The position numbers were made by a program, and so were the translations under genes. From an uncultured Ignatzschineria sp. (GTDB lineage: Bacteria; Pseudomonadota; Gammaproteobacteria; Cardiobacteriales; Wohlfahrtiimonadaceae), in contig CANRON010000001.1 in assembly GCA_947632245.1 (NCBI GenBank), positions 1-63,469 on the forward strand: DNA of 63,469 nt, read 5' to 3'. The notes beneath the pieces were generated by a model that searched no databases, was not told the DNA's origin, and was given only the letters and a program-made list of their open reading frames with translations. Positions 38,483 through 49,451 of the stretch are shown piece after piece (positions within the stretch are counted from its first letter, which is position 1; each line of letters opens with the position of its first letter).

Positions 38483-39151
38483 TTAAATTTTCTCCAACAT
38501 TAATTCTGCAGCAAGTTGTTCTGCGCGTTTTTTTGTAGTGCCTTCTGCAATCGTTCGATGACTTTCGAAGGTGCATAGGACTTTAAATACTTTTTCGTGA
38601 TCCCGGCCGCTGATCTCTATGACTTCATAGGTCGGGATTTCGCGATTAAGGGCTTGTAGTTTTTCTTGTAGGCGGCTTTTGGGGCTTTTGAAAATTTCAC
38701 CTAAGTCTTTCTTCGCTTTCTCAATGATTGATTGAAAATACGGCTCATAGAGCGAGAGAATGACAAGGCGTGTTGTTTCAAAGTCAGAATCCAAAAAGAG
38801 TGCGCCAAAGAGCGCTTCTAAACAATCGGATAAGATGCTTGGCCTAAACTCACCATCATTATTCTTTTCGCCAAGGCTCAAGACTAAAGACTTATTAAGC
38901 TGCAACTGAAGGGCTATCTCAGCAAGTGTATCTTCTTTCACAAGATGCGCGCGAAGTTGGCTAAGCTCGCCTTCATTGGCATCCGGCAATCTATGATAGA
39001 GCGCTTCAGCAATAATAAAGTTCAGACAACCATCGCCTAAGTATTCAAGGCGCTCATTATTATCTTGTGAATAGGACCTATGGACAAAAGCGCGTTTAAG
39101 AAGCTTTTTATCCATGAAGGTGTAATTTAATTTGTGCTCAAGTGTGTGCAT
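38483..39151 (-). CDS. rnc: Ribonuclease III
   Basis: NERLEYLGD signature, D..EA..GA..LD, C-terminal dsRBD; start moved to ATG 39151 just after the lepB stop (ORF track 39202). Confidence 0.95.
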   Translation of the reverse strand: MHTLEHKLNYTFMDKKLLKRAFVHRSYSQDNNERLEYLGDGCLNFIIAEALYHRLPDANEGELSQLRAHLVKEDTLAEIALQLQLNKSLVLSLGEKNNDGEFRPSILSDCLEALFGALFLDSDFETTRLVILSLYEPYFQSIIEKAKKDLGEIFKSPKSRLQEKLQALNREIPTYEVIEISGRDHEKVFKVLCTFESHRTIAEGTTKKRAEQLAAELMLEKI

Positions 39152-39152
39152 A

Positions 39153-39980
39153 TTATTCGATTGTGGTAAAGATGTGATCACAATCCTCAAAGGATGTGAC
39201 ACAGTTATAGTTCATCCAAATAAAGCGAGCTTTACCTAGGATTTTTTGATCATCAACAAGCTCCCAAAAGCGGCCATCATAGCTATTATCTCGATTATCG
39301 CCCATCATAAGGAATTTTCCTTCCGGGATTGTGAGTGGGAATCGATGATAAAGACCTACGCCGCGATCTGCTTGTGTAATCATTTTTGAAGTTTGAATCA
39401 TGTGCTCTTTATATTCGTTGTTACCAGGCTCACCTACAGGGAAGCGTTCAATCACAAAGAGATCCTCTTCTTCTGGCGCCTTAGCAGGACCGACAACGGT
39501 ATAATCAAGCGGCTCTCCATTAATCGTGAATTGCTTGTTTTGATAGTCAATCACATCACCGGGGACAGCGACAACGCGTTTAATGTAGTTGACCTTTTCA
39601 TCCTTAGGGAATTTAAAGATCGCCACATCCCCGCGCTCAACACCCTCTCCTGGTTTCGAGAAGAGTCTGGTATTGAGAATTGGCATACGAACACCGTAAG
39701 ACCACTTGTCAGCGACAATCATATCGCCGGCATAAAGAGTTGGCTGCATTGAACCTGATGGAATGACATAGGGTTCAATGATAAATGAGCGAAGAACGCC
39801 GACAAAGAGAACGACGGGGAAGAGGAACTTTGCCCAATCTACAAACCATGGTTCTTTCTTGTCTGCGCGACGCTTCTTCTTATAAAAAAGCGCGTCAATG
39901 AGCCAAATAAGACCCGTTATGGGAATCGCAAGTATAATGATGATTGCGAGATAATGGGTAAGGTTTGCAAATATTTCCAT
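39153..39980 (-). CDS. lepB: Signal peptidase I
   Basis: IPSGSM.PTL, YIKRVV, MGDNRDNS.DGR. Confidence 0.95.
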   Translation of the reverse strand: MEIFANLTHYLAIIIILAIPITGLIWLIDALFYKKKRRADKKEPWFVDWAKFLFPVVLFVGVLRSFIIEPYVIPSGSMQPTLYAGDMIVADKWSYGVRMPILNTRLFSKPGEGVERGDVAIFKFPKDEKVNYIKRVVAVPGDVIDYQNKQFTINGEPLDYTVVGPAKAPEEEDLFVIERFPVGEPGNNEYKEHMIQTSKMITQADRGVGLYHRFPLTIPEGKFLMMGDNRDNSYDGRFWELVDDQKILGKARFIWMNYNCVTSFEDCDHIFTTIE

Positions 39981-39988
39981 AGTAAATT

Positions 39989-41782
39989 CTACTCTTCGTT
40001 AACTTTTAGGACAGCTAGGAACGCTTCTTGTGGAATTTCAACACTCCCCACTTGTTTCATGCGCTTCTTCCCTTCTTTTTGTTTCTCGAGCAGTTTACGC
40101 TTACGGCTTACGTCACCACCATAACATTTTGCAGTGACGTCTTTACGAAGCGCACGGACGTTGCTTCGAGCAATAATATTTGCGCCAATTGCTGCTTGAA
40201 TTGCAATTTCAAATTGTTGCCTTGGAATCAATTCACGCATTTTTTCAACGAGTTTACGACCTTGGAACTGCGCATTATCTTTATGAATAATCAGGGAAAG
40301 TGCATCGACACGTTCTGCGTTAATCAGCACATCGACTTTAACAAGATTTGCAGCTTGGAAGCGTAAGAACTTATAGTCAAATGAGGCATATCCACGAGAG
40401 ATTGATTTTAAGCGGTCGAAGAAGTCTAAAACAACTTCACTCAAAGGAAGCTCATAGCGAAGCTGTACTTGATTACCGGCATATACCATGTCGAGTTGAA
40501 CTCCGCGTTTTTCGACACAGAGTTTCATGATACCGCCGATAAATTCTTGCGGCGTTAAAATGTTTGCTTCAATAATCGGCTCACGAATTTCTTTGATTTG
40601 CGTGACTTTTGGCAAACCATCTGGATTGTCGACATAGATTACTTCATCATCGTTTTTCTCTACTTCATAGATTACCGTGGGCGCAGTTGTGATCAAGTCA
40701 AGATCATACTCACGCTCTAAGCGTTCTTGAATGATCTCCATGTGCAGCATGCCAAGGAAGCCGCAGCGGAAACCAAAACCAAGCGCTTGCGATGTTTCTG
40801 GTTCAAAGTGAAGTGATGAGTCATTTAAGCGAAGTTTTTTAAGCGCTTCACGGAAATCTTCATACTCTTCTGAATTGACAGGGAACAGACCTGCAAATAC
40901 GCGGGGCTGTACTGTTTCAAAACCAGGAACAGGTAATTGTGCCGGGTTTTTATCTAAGGTAATCGTGTCACCCACAGGCGCGCCATCAATGTCTTTAATG
41001 CCGGCAATCACAAAGCCGACTTCTCCGGCGGAGAGTCTTGGTTTATCTAATCGAGCGGGTGTAAACACGCCCACATGCGTCGCTTCATGTGTTTCTTTGG
41101 TGCTCATGATTTTGATCTTGTCGCCTTTATTGAGGACGCCATCAAAAATACGTACTAAAGAGACAACGCCGACATATTGGTCATACCATGAGTCGATAAT
41201 GAGCGCTTTTAAGGGTGCGGTTACATCACCGACTGGTGCGGGAATTTTTTTGATGAGATCCTCAAGAACATCACGTACGCCAATCCCTGATTTGGCAGAG
41301 CAGCGAACAGCTTCTAAGGCTTCGATGCCGATAATATCTTCAATTTCCATGGCAACGCGGTCCGGTTCTGCCGCTGGTAAATCGATCTTATTGAGAACAG
41401 GAATAACCTCAAGACCTTGATCAAGCGCTGTGTAGCAGTTAGCAACAGATTGCGCTTCAACGCCTTGCGCCGCATCTACGACTAAAATCGCGCCTTCACA
41501 TGCAAAAAGGGAGCGAGAGACTTCATAAGAGAAGTCTACGTGGCCTGGCGTATCAATAAAGTTAAGGTGATAGGTTTCACCATCTGCAGCTTTATAGTCG
41601 AGAGAAACACTATGTGCTTTAATCGTGATGCCGCGTTCTTTCTCGAGATCCATTGAGTCGAGAACTCGATCCTGCATTTCACGCTCAGAGAATCCTTCGC
41701 AAATGCGAATAAATTGGTCAGCTAAAGAGGATTTGCCATGGTCAATATGGGCAATGATTGAAAAGTTTCTAATGTTCTTCAT
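39989..41782 (-). CDS. lepA: Elongation factor 4 (LepA)
   Basis: [36 protein letters not shown]. Confidence 0.98.
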   Translation of the reverse strand: MKNIRNFSIIAHIDHGKSSLADQFIRICEGFSEREMQDRVLDSMDLEKERGITIKAHSVSLDYKAADGETYHLNFIDTPGHVDFSYEVSRSLFACEGAILVVDAAQGVEAQSVANCYTALDQGLEVIPVLNKIDLPAAEPDRVAMEIEDIIGIEALEAVRCSAKSGIGVRDVLEDLIKKIPAPVGDVTAPLKALIIDSWYDQYVGVVSLVRIFDGVLNKGDKIKIMSTKETHEATHVGVFTPARLDKPRLSAGEVGFVIAGIKDIDGAPVGDTITLDKNPAQLPVPGFETVQPRVFAGLFPVNSEEYEDFREALKKLRLNDSSLHFEPETSQALGFGFRCGFLGMLHMEIIQERLEREYDLDLITTAPTVIYEVEKNDDEVIYVDNPDGLPKVTQIKEIREPIIEANILTPQEFIGGIMKLCVEKRGVQLDMVYAGNQVQLRYELPLSEVVLDFFDRLKSISRGYASFDYKFLRFQAANLVKVDVLINAERVDALSLIIHKDNAQFQGRKLVEKMRELIPRQQFEIAIQAAIGANIIARSNVRALRKDVTAKCYGGDVSRKRKLLEKQKEGKKRMKQVGSVEIPQEAFLAVLKVNEE

Positions 41783-42314
41783 CGATTCTATCTATATAAA
41801 AAGGTGAATTGTAGGTGCTCTAAAAGAGGACTATCTTAGCAAATAAAGCGCTGAGATATATATTTAATATCTTGGCAATTATACCGAAAAAAGAGTGGTT
41901 ATTATAGTGTTTTACTATTCAGCCGGTATTTGGGTCAGTAATTACTGACTTGAGATTCTAAAAGAAGTCCTCATCATCTAGAGGGAGTAGGGACAATGAT
42001 AGCGCATTTAGTGACGTAGGGCTGAATCAATATATGGAGCACTCGGCGAAACTTTTATCATTACTAATAAATTCAAGTATGCGGAAAATCGCTAAGTGGG
42101 TATTTAGCATGGATGAAATCTATCGTATCAGGCTGAATATTGCTATCATAATTCCGATGAATAATGACGTTGAATATGCTTTTTTATGAGGTATGAGTAT
42201 CTAAAGATGGATACCACGCGCTCAAAAAATAGTGGGCACTCAATAAATAAGAATATTCTAGATATATATTTCGATTTAAATTAACTTCGCAATCATATGC
42301 GATAGAGAGGATTA

Positions 42315-45203
42315 ATGACTCAGACATTTACCAAGGTTAAAGAGACCTATATCCCATCACTCAATATTACGCTACAAGAATATGAGCATAATAAGACGAA
42401 AGCAAAACATATTCACTTGGCGAATGACGATACGAATAACGTATTTTTAGTGGGTTTCTTGACAGTTCCGGATGATTCGACGGGTGTTGCACATATTTTA
42501 GAACATACGGCATTATGTGGGTCTGAAAATTATCCTGTTCGCGACCCATTTTTCATGATGATTCGCCGCTCACTTAATACGTTTATGAACGCGTTTACAT
42601 CTTCAGACTGGACAGCTTACCCTTTTGCAAGCCAAAACAAGAAAGACTTCTATAATCTTTTAGATGTCTATTTAGATGCATCATTCTTCCCTCAGTTAGA
42701 GTATTTAGACTTTTTACAAGAAGGGCATCGCCTTGAGTTTACAGAGATGGAAAACCCAGAGAGCGAACTTGTGTATAAAGGCGTTGTTTTTAATGAAATG
42801 AAAGGTGCGATGAGCTCTATCGGCTCGGTGCTCTATCAAGAGTTAACAAAAGCACTTTTCCCAACGATTACTTATCACAATAACTCCGGGGGAGATCCCA
42901 AAGATATTCCGGACTTAACGCATGAGCAGTTAGTGAACTTCCATAAAAAACATTACCATCCGTCAAACAGCGTTTTTATGACATACGGTAATATGGATCC
43001 ACTTGAGCATCAAAAAGTCTTTGAAGAGAAAGCGCTCTCTAAATTTGATTATCAGGATTTTGATTTTAGCGTTCAAGATGAAGTGCGCTATACAGAGCCG
43101 CAAAGTTTTACAGCCACATACCCACTGCCAGCGGATGAGCCTTTAGAGAAACAGAGTCATGTCATTAATTCATGGTTGCTTCATACAATTATGGATGCCA
43201 ATGAACTCATGCGTGCGCGTATTTTAAGTAGTGTGCTTGTTGATAATGCGAGCTCACCGCTTCGCCTTGCACTTGAATCATCAGACTTAGGTGCCGCGCC
43301 TTCAATGTTCTGTGGACTTGAAGAGGGAACGCGTGAAGCGTTCTTCTCATGTGGCTTAGAAGGAGCTAATGGTGAAGATACGGATAAAATTAATCAGCTC
43401 ATCACCGATACATTGGTAAATGTTCGTGATAATGGTGTGCCGCAAGAGAGTATTGAGGCTGCGCTCCATCAGTTAGAGCTTGCATCGCGTGAGATCTCGG
43501 GTGACAGATATCCCTACGGTTTACGTCTGATTGTAGATACATTAACGCCGGTCCTTCATGGGGGAGAAGCATATGATACGCTCTCTTTTGATGAATCATT
43601 AAAACAGATGCGTGAAGAGATACAAGATCGTAACTTTGTTCCAAATTTAATAGATCGCTTATTGCTCAATAATACGCATAAAGTGATGTTAACTGTGAAC
43701 CCAAGCCATACATTGGCCGATGAGCTGGTGGCAAATGAAAAGGCGCGTCTTGCGAACATTCAAGCAAACTTAACGGAAGCTGAAACAGCGAAAATTATTG
43801 CAGATGCCAAAGCATTACAAGCAAGACAGTCACAAGTCGATGATGATTCGATTCTTCCGATTGTCACGCGTGAAGATATTCCTGAGAAATTAATCTTTCC
43901 AGAGCTTGATTATAGCCATAAAGGCTTGGTGCTGGGTACGCCAACGACAAACGGTATGACCTATCAATCAATCGTGGTTGATCTTCCTAAATTGACGGAA
44001 GAAGAGATGGAGATGTTGCCATTTTTAGATGCGTTTATTACCGAAATGGGCGCTGGAGATCAAACCTATTTAGATCAGCAGGCAAGAATCTCTGCAGTTA
44101 CTGGCGGCGTAAGCGCTAGAACGATGTATCAGCCTTATGGTGGGGATATCCGTGGATTTTGGGTATTGTCAGGAAAGGCATTGCTTGAAAATAGTGAGAA
44201 GCTAGGGCAGTTACTTCACGATATTCTCTTTAGTGCGCGTTTTGATGAAGTAAAGCGTATGCAAGAGATTATGTCGCAAATTAAGCTAGGACGTGAGCAA
44301 GGGATTGTTAGTAATGGTCATACTTATGCGATGGGTGTTGCGAGCCAGAATATTGGTTTAATCTCACAATTAGATCAGCGCTTAAGCGGTATGCAATCTA
44401 TTAAAGATTTCAGAGTAACCGAAAGTACATTGAAAGACGATGCGAAATGCCGAGAGTTTGGTGAGAAGTTATCAGCGCTTTTAGTAAAGCTGCGTAACAG
44501 CCCTTATGAAATCATTGTCTTAAATGATTCAGAAGAGATCGAGAAAGTAGGGCAGAGCTTTGCCGCAGTAATGGCGCATACAGTGAGCGAAGACGTTGAG
44601 CTGTTTAAAGCGCCGTTTGGCGATAAATCGGCTGAGAAAGTCAATCTAGGCTGGGCGATTAATGCGCCTGTATTCTATTGCGCGAAGAGTTATGAGACCG
44701 TCACGCGAGATCATGAAGATTCGCCGGCATTCCAAGTATTGACGGGTTTCTTACGTAATGGTTATCTCCATCGCGCCATTCGTGAGCAAGGCGGTGCTTA
44801 CGGCGGCGGCGCTAACTATAATGCGGCATCGGGCGCGTTTAGTTTCTTCAGTTATCGCGATCCGCGTTTGAAAGAGACATTGGCTGATTTTGATGCATCA
44901 ATTAACTGGTTGCTTGAAAATGAGCATGATGAAAAGCAGCTAGAAGAAGCAATTTTAGGCGTTATCAGTGGTATTGATAGACCGAAAGCGCCCGCAAGCG
45001 AGTATGGGGATCGTTACTTTATGGCGAAATATGACCGCACGCCAGAAGATGTTGAAAGCTATCGCGCTGCAGTTCTGAAGGTAACGATTGATGACTTGAA
45101 ACGCATTGGTCGTGAATATCTTTCTAATCCAGATACGCATACAGCAGTATTAGGGCCAAAAGCGAAGCTTGAAGAAGCAGGATTTGAGGTCAAACAGTTC
45201 TAG
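42315..45203 (+). CDS. Insulinase family (M16C, presequence protease-like) zinc metallopeptidase
   Basis: Inverted zinc motif HILEH, FMNAFT, GVVFNEMKG, IREQGGAYG, SYRDP. Confidence 0.92.
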   Translation: MTQTFTKVKETYIPSLNITLQEYEHNKTKAKHIHLANDDTNNVFLVGFLTVPDDSTGVAHILEHTALCGSENYPVRDPFFMMIRRSLNTFMNAFTSSDWTAYPFASQNKKDFYNLLDVYLDASFFPQLEYLDFLQEGHRLEFTEMENPESELVYKGVVFNEMKGAMSSIGSVLYQELTKALFPTITYHNNSGGDPKDIPDLTHEQLVNFHKKHYHPSNSVFMTYGNMDPLEHQKVFEEKALSKFDYQDFDFSVQDEVRYTEPQSFTATYPLPADEPLEKQSHVINSWLLHTIMDANELMRARILSSVLVDNASSPLRLALESSDLGAAPSMFCGLEEGTREAFFSCGLEGANGEDTDKINQLITDTLVNVRDNGVPQESIEAALHQLELASREISGDRYPYGLRLIVDTLTPVLHGGEAYDTLSFDESLKQMREEIQDRNFVPNLIDRLLLNNTHKVMLTVNPSHTLADELVANEKARLANIQANLTEAETAKIIADAKALQARQSQVDDDSILPIVTREDIPEKLIFPELDYSHKGLVLGTPTTNGMTYQSIVVDLPKLTEEEMEMLPFLDAFITEMGAGDQTYLDQQARISAVTGGVSARTMYQPYGGDIRGFWVLSGKALLENSEKLGQLLHDILFSARFDEVKRMQEIMSQIKLGREQGIVSNGHTYAMGVASQNIGLISQLDQRLSGMQSIKDFRVTESTLKDDAKCREFGEKLSALLVKLRNSPYEIIVLNDSEEIEKVGQSFAAVMAHTVSEDVELFKAPFGDKSAEKVNLGWAINAPVFYCAKSYETVTRDHEDSPAFQVLTGFLRNGYLHRAIREQGGAYGGGANYNAASGAFSFFSYRDPRLKETLADFDASINWLLENEHDEKQLEEAILGVISGIDRPKAPASEYGDRYFMAKYDRTPEDVESYRAAVLKVTIDDLKRIGREYLSNPDTHTAVLGPKAKLEEAGFEVKQF

Positions 45204-45252
45204 TTTTCCTAAGTCTTTTTAGGCTTTTGCAAAATTATATTGATTACAAAAT

Positions 45253-45290
45253 AAAAAAGCTTTCTCATGTACATATGGGAAAGCTTTTTT
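45253..45290 (+). terminator. Intrinsic terminator after the M16 peptidase
   Basis: AAAAAAGCTTTCTCAT...ATGGGAAAGCTTTTTT hairpin. Confidence 0.75.
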
Positions 45291-45369
45291 ATTGAGTCGA
45301 ATTTAAAAAAGAGTAATATAAATAGCGAGGAAAACTGAATGTTTCGGTTTAGTTACGAAAGGAAAGCCT

Positions 45370-45897
45370 TTGTCAGTCGATACAATTATCACGACGATTA
45401 CTGAGTTTACACGAGCGCATCAATATTGGGCGCCGGTGATCATTTTTCTGCTTGCCTTTGGTGAGTCGCTCGCTCTCATCTCTCTGCTTATTCCTGCAAC
45501 TGTAATTTTGGTGGGATTGAGTGTTTTGATTGGGGAGTCGGGACTCTCTTTTTGGATGGTATGGTTGGCCGCGACATTAGGCGCTTTTTTAGGAGATTGG
45601 GTCTCTTACGGGATAGGGTTTCGTTATAAGTTGCGCGTATATAGTATGTGGCCCTTTAAAAACAAACCCCATCTTTTGGAAAAGGGGCAAGGCTTTTTTG
45701 ATAGATGGGGTATTTGGAGTGTATTTTTTGGTCGCTTCTTAGGGCCTTTTCGTGCAACTGTACCGTTAATAGCCGGCATATGTATGATGCCAAAACGCTA
45801 TTTTCAATGGTCTAATCTATTATCTGCAATGATTTGGGCATTTGGTATATTGGCACCTGGCGCTTTTGGTGTACAGTGGTTAATAGATTTTCTATAA
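45370..45897 (+). CDS. DedA family membrane protein
   Basis: AFGESLA....LIP, GAFLGD.VSY.IG, FFGRFLGP.R...P..AG; TTG start after AAGGA. Confidence 0.9.
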   Translation: MSVDTIITTITEFTRAHQYWAPVIIFLLAFGESLALISLLIPATVILVGLSVLIGESGLSFWMVWLAATLGAFLGDWVSYGIGFRYKLRVYSMWPFKNKPHLLEKGQGFFDRWGIWSVFFGRFLGPFRATVPLIAGICMMPKRYFQWSNLLSAMIWAFGILAPGAFGVQWLIDFL

Positions 45898-45943
45898 AAG
45901 CATAAAACTTGAGTTTGAAACGATTGATGTGTGTGACGACTAT

Positions 45944-45986
45944 AAAAAATGCTTTCCCCCTTTTGAATTGAGAGAAAGCATTCTTT
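45944..45986. terminator. Bidirectional terminator (dedA / cysE)
   Basis: AATGCTTTC...GAAAGCATT stem between convergent genes. Confidence 0.55.
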
Positions 45987-46019
45987 GTTGTATTTTGGAT
46001 ATGAAATTATGACAGTGAT

Positions 46020-46850
46020 TTATATTGTGGGCGTATCGTTGTTCTTATTTGTAGTTGCTGTTTCGCTATTATCTTTTGTCTGTAGATCAGTCTCACTTTC
46101 TTCATGAATATGTAATCCTTCCTCATCAAACGAGCAATCTTGAATGGTTGGCCATTTCACATTCAGTTTAATGTCTTGCGCTTTTAACTCAGTTTGCATT
46201 TGGCATAGGGCCTGATCTAGCTTCTCAATGTGGTTCAGGAGCAGATTAATGGCATTAGCTTCTGGGTCTTCAATATCATGGCTCATGCCATACGCATTAA
46301 AGAGTTTGTTCGCAATCTCTTTCTTAAGGTTGGGTTTATCCGGCTTTGCAACGCGCGCTGGAATACCCACCGCGGTTGAGTTCTCGGGAACTTCTTTAAT
46401 CACGACAGAATTTGCCCCGACACTGGAGTTGTCACCGAGCGTAATAGGACCTAGAATTTTTGCCCCCGCACCAATGACGACATTATTGCCTAATGTAGGG
46501 TGACGTTTTCCTTGCTCAAGGCTTGTTCCACCGAGTGTAACACCATGATACAGCGTACAGTCATCGCCGATAATTGCGGTTTCACCGATTACAACCCCCA
46601 TACCGTGATCGATAAATAAACGTTTACCGACTTTTGCACCGGGATGGATTTCAATCCCTGTTAAAAAGCGGTTCCATGTTGAAATCCAGCGAGCTAAGGT
46701 TTTGAGTCTTTTATGCCAGAGTTTATGTGCGATACGATGAATCCATACAGCCCAAAGACCGGGATACGCTAAAAACACTTCCAACGTTGTCCGGGCGGCA
46801 GGGTCAAACTTTTTAATATTTTGAATGTCGTCTTTAATGGTTTTAAGCAT
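46020..46850 (-). CDS. cysE: Serine O-acetyltransferase
   Basis: [44 protein letters not shown]. Confidence 0.95.
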   Translation of the reverse strand: MLKTIKDDIQNIKKFDPAARTTLEVFLAYPGLWAVWIHRIAHKLWHKRLKTLARWISTWNRFLTGIEIHPGAKVGKRLFIDHGMGVVIGETAIIGDDCTLYHGVTLGGTSLEQGKRHPTLGNNVVIGAGAKILGPITLGDNSSVGANSVVIKEVPENSTAVGIPARVAKPDKPNLKKEIANKLFNAYGMSHDIEDPEANAINLLLNHIEKLDQALCQMQTELKAQDIKLNVKWPTIQDCSFDEEGLHIHEESETDLQTKDNSETATTNKNNDTPTI

Positions 46851-47101
46851 GGTCTATTTTCCATCGTCAATCCATAACCTCGTAGCATAACAGCATGTCA
46901 TCAATGAGTGAGGCATGATATGTGCAGGTTATCGGTTTTATATTTTTGAAAGCGAATATGTGTTAAGCAGTTAAGTGTTAATACTGTTAAGCGTTAATAC
47001 TTTAACAAAAAATATAGAGTTATCGAAGTCTATACGTGTCATTAAATTTATAAGGGGTTATAAGACGACGCTTTATGTAAAGTTTGATTGAGCACTGTCG
47101 C

Positions 47102-47857
47102 TTAGCGGAATTTTTTTTCAGAAGCAGAGAGTACACCGCGTAGGATATTAATCTCTTCTTGTGTTAATTCTGCTTTTTTATAGAGTAATCGCAATTTTCG
47201 CATAAGATGCTTGGGGTTCTCGGGATCTAAAAAGTCTGCTTCGATCATCACCCTTTCAAGATGATTGAAAAACCCCTCATGCGCGTCATGCGTTGCCGGA
47301 AGATCACCTTGGTATTGTGGGCTACGTTTTGGCGCAAGACGATCATCATCTGTGGTGTTGCGTCTGAGTTCATAGGTGATGATTTGAATTGCTTGAGCAA
47401 TATTGAGGGAGTTGTAGTTGTTTTCGGTCGGGATATAAAATAGCTCTTGGCAAATATCGACCTCTTCATTGGTTAGCCCCGTTCTTTCAGTGCCGAAAAG
47501 GATCGCTATTTTGGCATCTGGCTGCTCAGTGATAATTCTCCTAATACTTTTTGCCCCAAGCTCGATTGGCTGCTCTGGCTTACTAATATGACGGCTTCTA
47601 GCGCTGGTGCCAAAGATGTACTGGCAATCTTTCACGGCTTCTGAGAGTGTTTCTGTTACAACAGCATTCTCTAACACGTCAACTGCTCCGCTTGCGAGCG
47701 CAGTTGCTTCACTGCTTGGGAATTTACGGGGATTGACTAGCGTGAGGTTGTAAAGCCCCATGACTCGCATGGCGCGGGCTGCTGCCCCAATATTTCCAGA
47801 GTGAGTTGTGTTAACCATGACAATTCGAATGGCATTTAATGGCGTTGCGCTATGCAT
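47102..47857 (-). CDS. trmJ: tRNA C32/U32 2'-O-methyltransferase (SPOUT)
   Basis: GNIGAAARAM..MG, GTSAR, FG.ERTGLTNEE, SLNIAQA, EINILRG. Confidence 0.9.
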   Translation of the reverse strand: MHSATPLNAIRIVMVNTTHSGNIGAAARAMRVMGLYNLTLVNPRKFPSSEATALASGAVDVLENAVVTETLSEAVKDCQYIFGTSARSRHISKPEQPIELGAKSIRRIITEQPDAKIAILFGTERTGLTNEEVDICQELFYIPTENNYNSLNIAQAIQIITYELRRNTTDDDRLAPKRSPQYQGDLPATHDAHEGFFNHLERVMIEADFLDPENPKHLMRKLRLLYKKAELTQEEINILRGVLSASEKKFR

Positions 47858-48054
47858 GTGTGTGCTCTCTTTATGGTATATTTAAGGCTGAGTGTGAGAA
47901 GGTGAATGAGATTAATGTGAGTCACCTATCAACGGCTTTTATGACTGAATTGAAAGTGTTGACAGGCATATTTTGAAGACATTGATGGAATGTCAATTAT
48001 TCGTAATATTGACGAACGCAGATTATAACAATTTTTAAGCGAAGAGAGGACACT

Positions 48055-48363
48055 ATGCCTAAAAACTTTATCCAAGATATAGCCGGAAAAATCCAAGAAT
48101 CACTTCCTGAGGGCATGAAGAGTGCGCAGGGAGAAGCGGAACGATTTATCAAAGAAGGCATTGATAATGCCCTCTCAAATTTCAAGTTTGTGAGATATGA
48201 AGAGTTTGAGATTCAGCAGAAAGTGTTATTAAAGACGCGTGAAAAACTGGCACTTTTAACGAAGCAAGTGGAGGCATTAGAAGCAAAATTAAGTGAGCTT
48301 GAAGGTGAGAGAAATTTAGCACGGATTGGAGAGGATGGGAAAGCGACAGGTGATTCTGAATAA
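48055..48363 (+). CDS. ubiK: Ubiquinone biosynthesis accessory factor UbiK (YqiC/BMFP family)
   Basis: V..EEF..Q..VL.KTREKL..L...V..LE coiled-coil signature. Confidence 0.8.
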   Translation: MPKNFIQDIAGKIQESLPEGMKSAQGEAERFIKEGIDNALSNFKFVRYEEFEIQQKVLLKTREKLALLTKQVEALEAKLSELEGERNLARIGEDGKATGDSE

Positions 48364-48555
48364 ATGCGCTAAATTGAGTGCGGTTTTATCTCCATTAAAG
48401 GAACATAGGTAACCTAAGTGACATTAATTTTATAAAGGTGCTTTTGTATTCAAAGCGATAAAACCTAACTGCTATAGCTACCCAAGTCATAAGAAATAGA
48501 GTACTATATTTCAAAATTATCGAGTCTCAAATCTACTAGAAGGAAACGAATTGTT

Positions 48556-49287
48556 ATGAGTCAAGCCCCTAAATATAAGCGTATTTTGTTAAAGCTCAGC
48601 GGAGAAGCATTGATGGGAGATGGGGATTACGGGATTGACCCTGTGACGATTGGTAGAATCGCCGATGAAATCAAAGCGCTGAATCGTATTGGTGTTGAAG
48701 TAGGTGTTGTTATTGGTGGTGGAAATATCTTTAGAGGAGCCGGCTTAGCTGAAGCGGGAATGGATCGGGTAGCCGGTGATCACATGGGAATGCTCGCTAC
48801 AGTTATGAACTCGCTTGCATTGCAAGATGCGCTTGAATCACGCGATGTTTATGTGCGTGTTATGAGCGCGATTCGTATCAATGAAGTGTGTGAAGATTAT
48901 CTTCGTAGACGTGCTGTACGCCATCTTGAGAAGAAGCGGGTCACTATTTTTGCGGCAGGAACAGGGAATCCATTCTTTACAACAGATTCAGCTGCGGCGC
49001 TTCGAGCAATTGAAATTAATGCAGAAATTATGTTGAAAGCGACAAAAGTTGATGGCGTTTATACGGCTGACCCAATGAAAGATCCAACGGCCACCCGTTA
49101 TGATCATATTTCATTTACAGATGCGCTCACGCAAAATTTAGGCGTAATGGATGCGACAGCATTAGTAATGTGCCGTGAAAACAATCTTCCTATTAAAGTA
49201 TTTAATATCTTTAATGAAGGCGATTTAATGAGAGTAGTCCAAGGTGGGCCTGTCGGCACATTAGTATCTGAGACGGCACCTGAATAA
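48556..49287 (+). CDS. pyrH: UMP kinase
   Basis: [33 protein letters not shown]. Confidence 0.98.
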   Translation: MSQAPKYKRILLKLSGEALMGDGDYGIDPVTIGRIADEIKALNRIGVEVGVVIGGGNIFRGAGLAEAGMDRVAGDHMGMLATVMNSLALQDALESRDVYVRVMSAIRINEVCEDYLRRRAVRHLEKKRVTIFAAGTGNPFFTTDSAAALRAIEINAEIMLKATKVDGVYTADPMKDPTATRYDHISFTDALTQNLGVMDATALVMCRENNLPIKVFNIFNEGDLMRVVQGGPVGTLVSETAPE

Positions 49288-49451
49288 TAAAGTGTGCTAA
49301 TATTATTTTTAAATAGAATCTAGAAAAGAAACTAGAGACTCAAGATAGTAATGACCGATAAAAACAATATTTCAAAAAACATTTAGTTAGAGACGCTCTC
49401 ATGATAAGTCATTTGGGCGTCTACTTATTTAAAGAAATTGGAGAATAGAAA

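Noticed and set aside
40875-41420. 181-aa antisense ORF within lepA, and similar shadow ORFs in bamA, rseP, dxr and cysE
   Set aside because: Typical antisense shadows of codon-biased conserved genes
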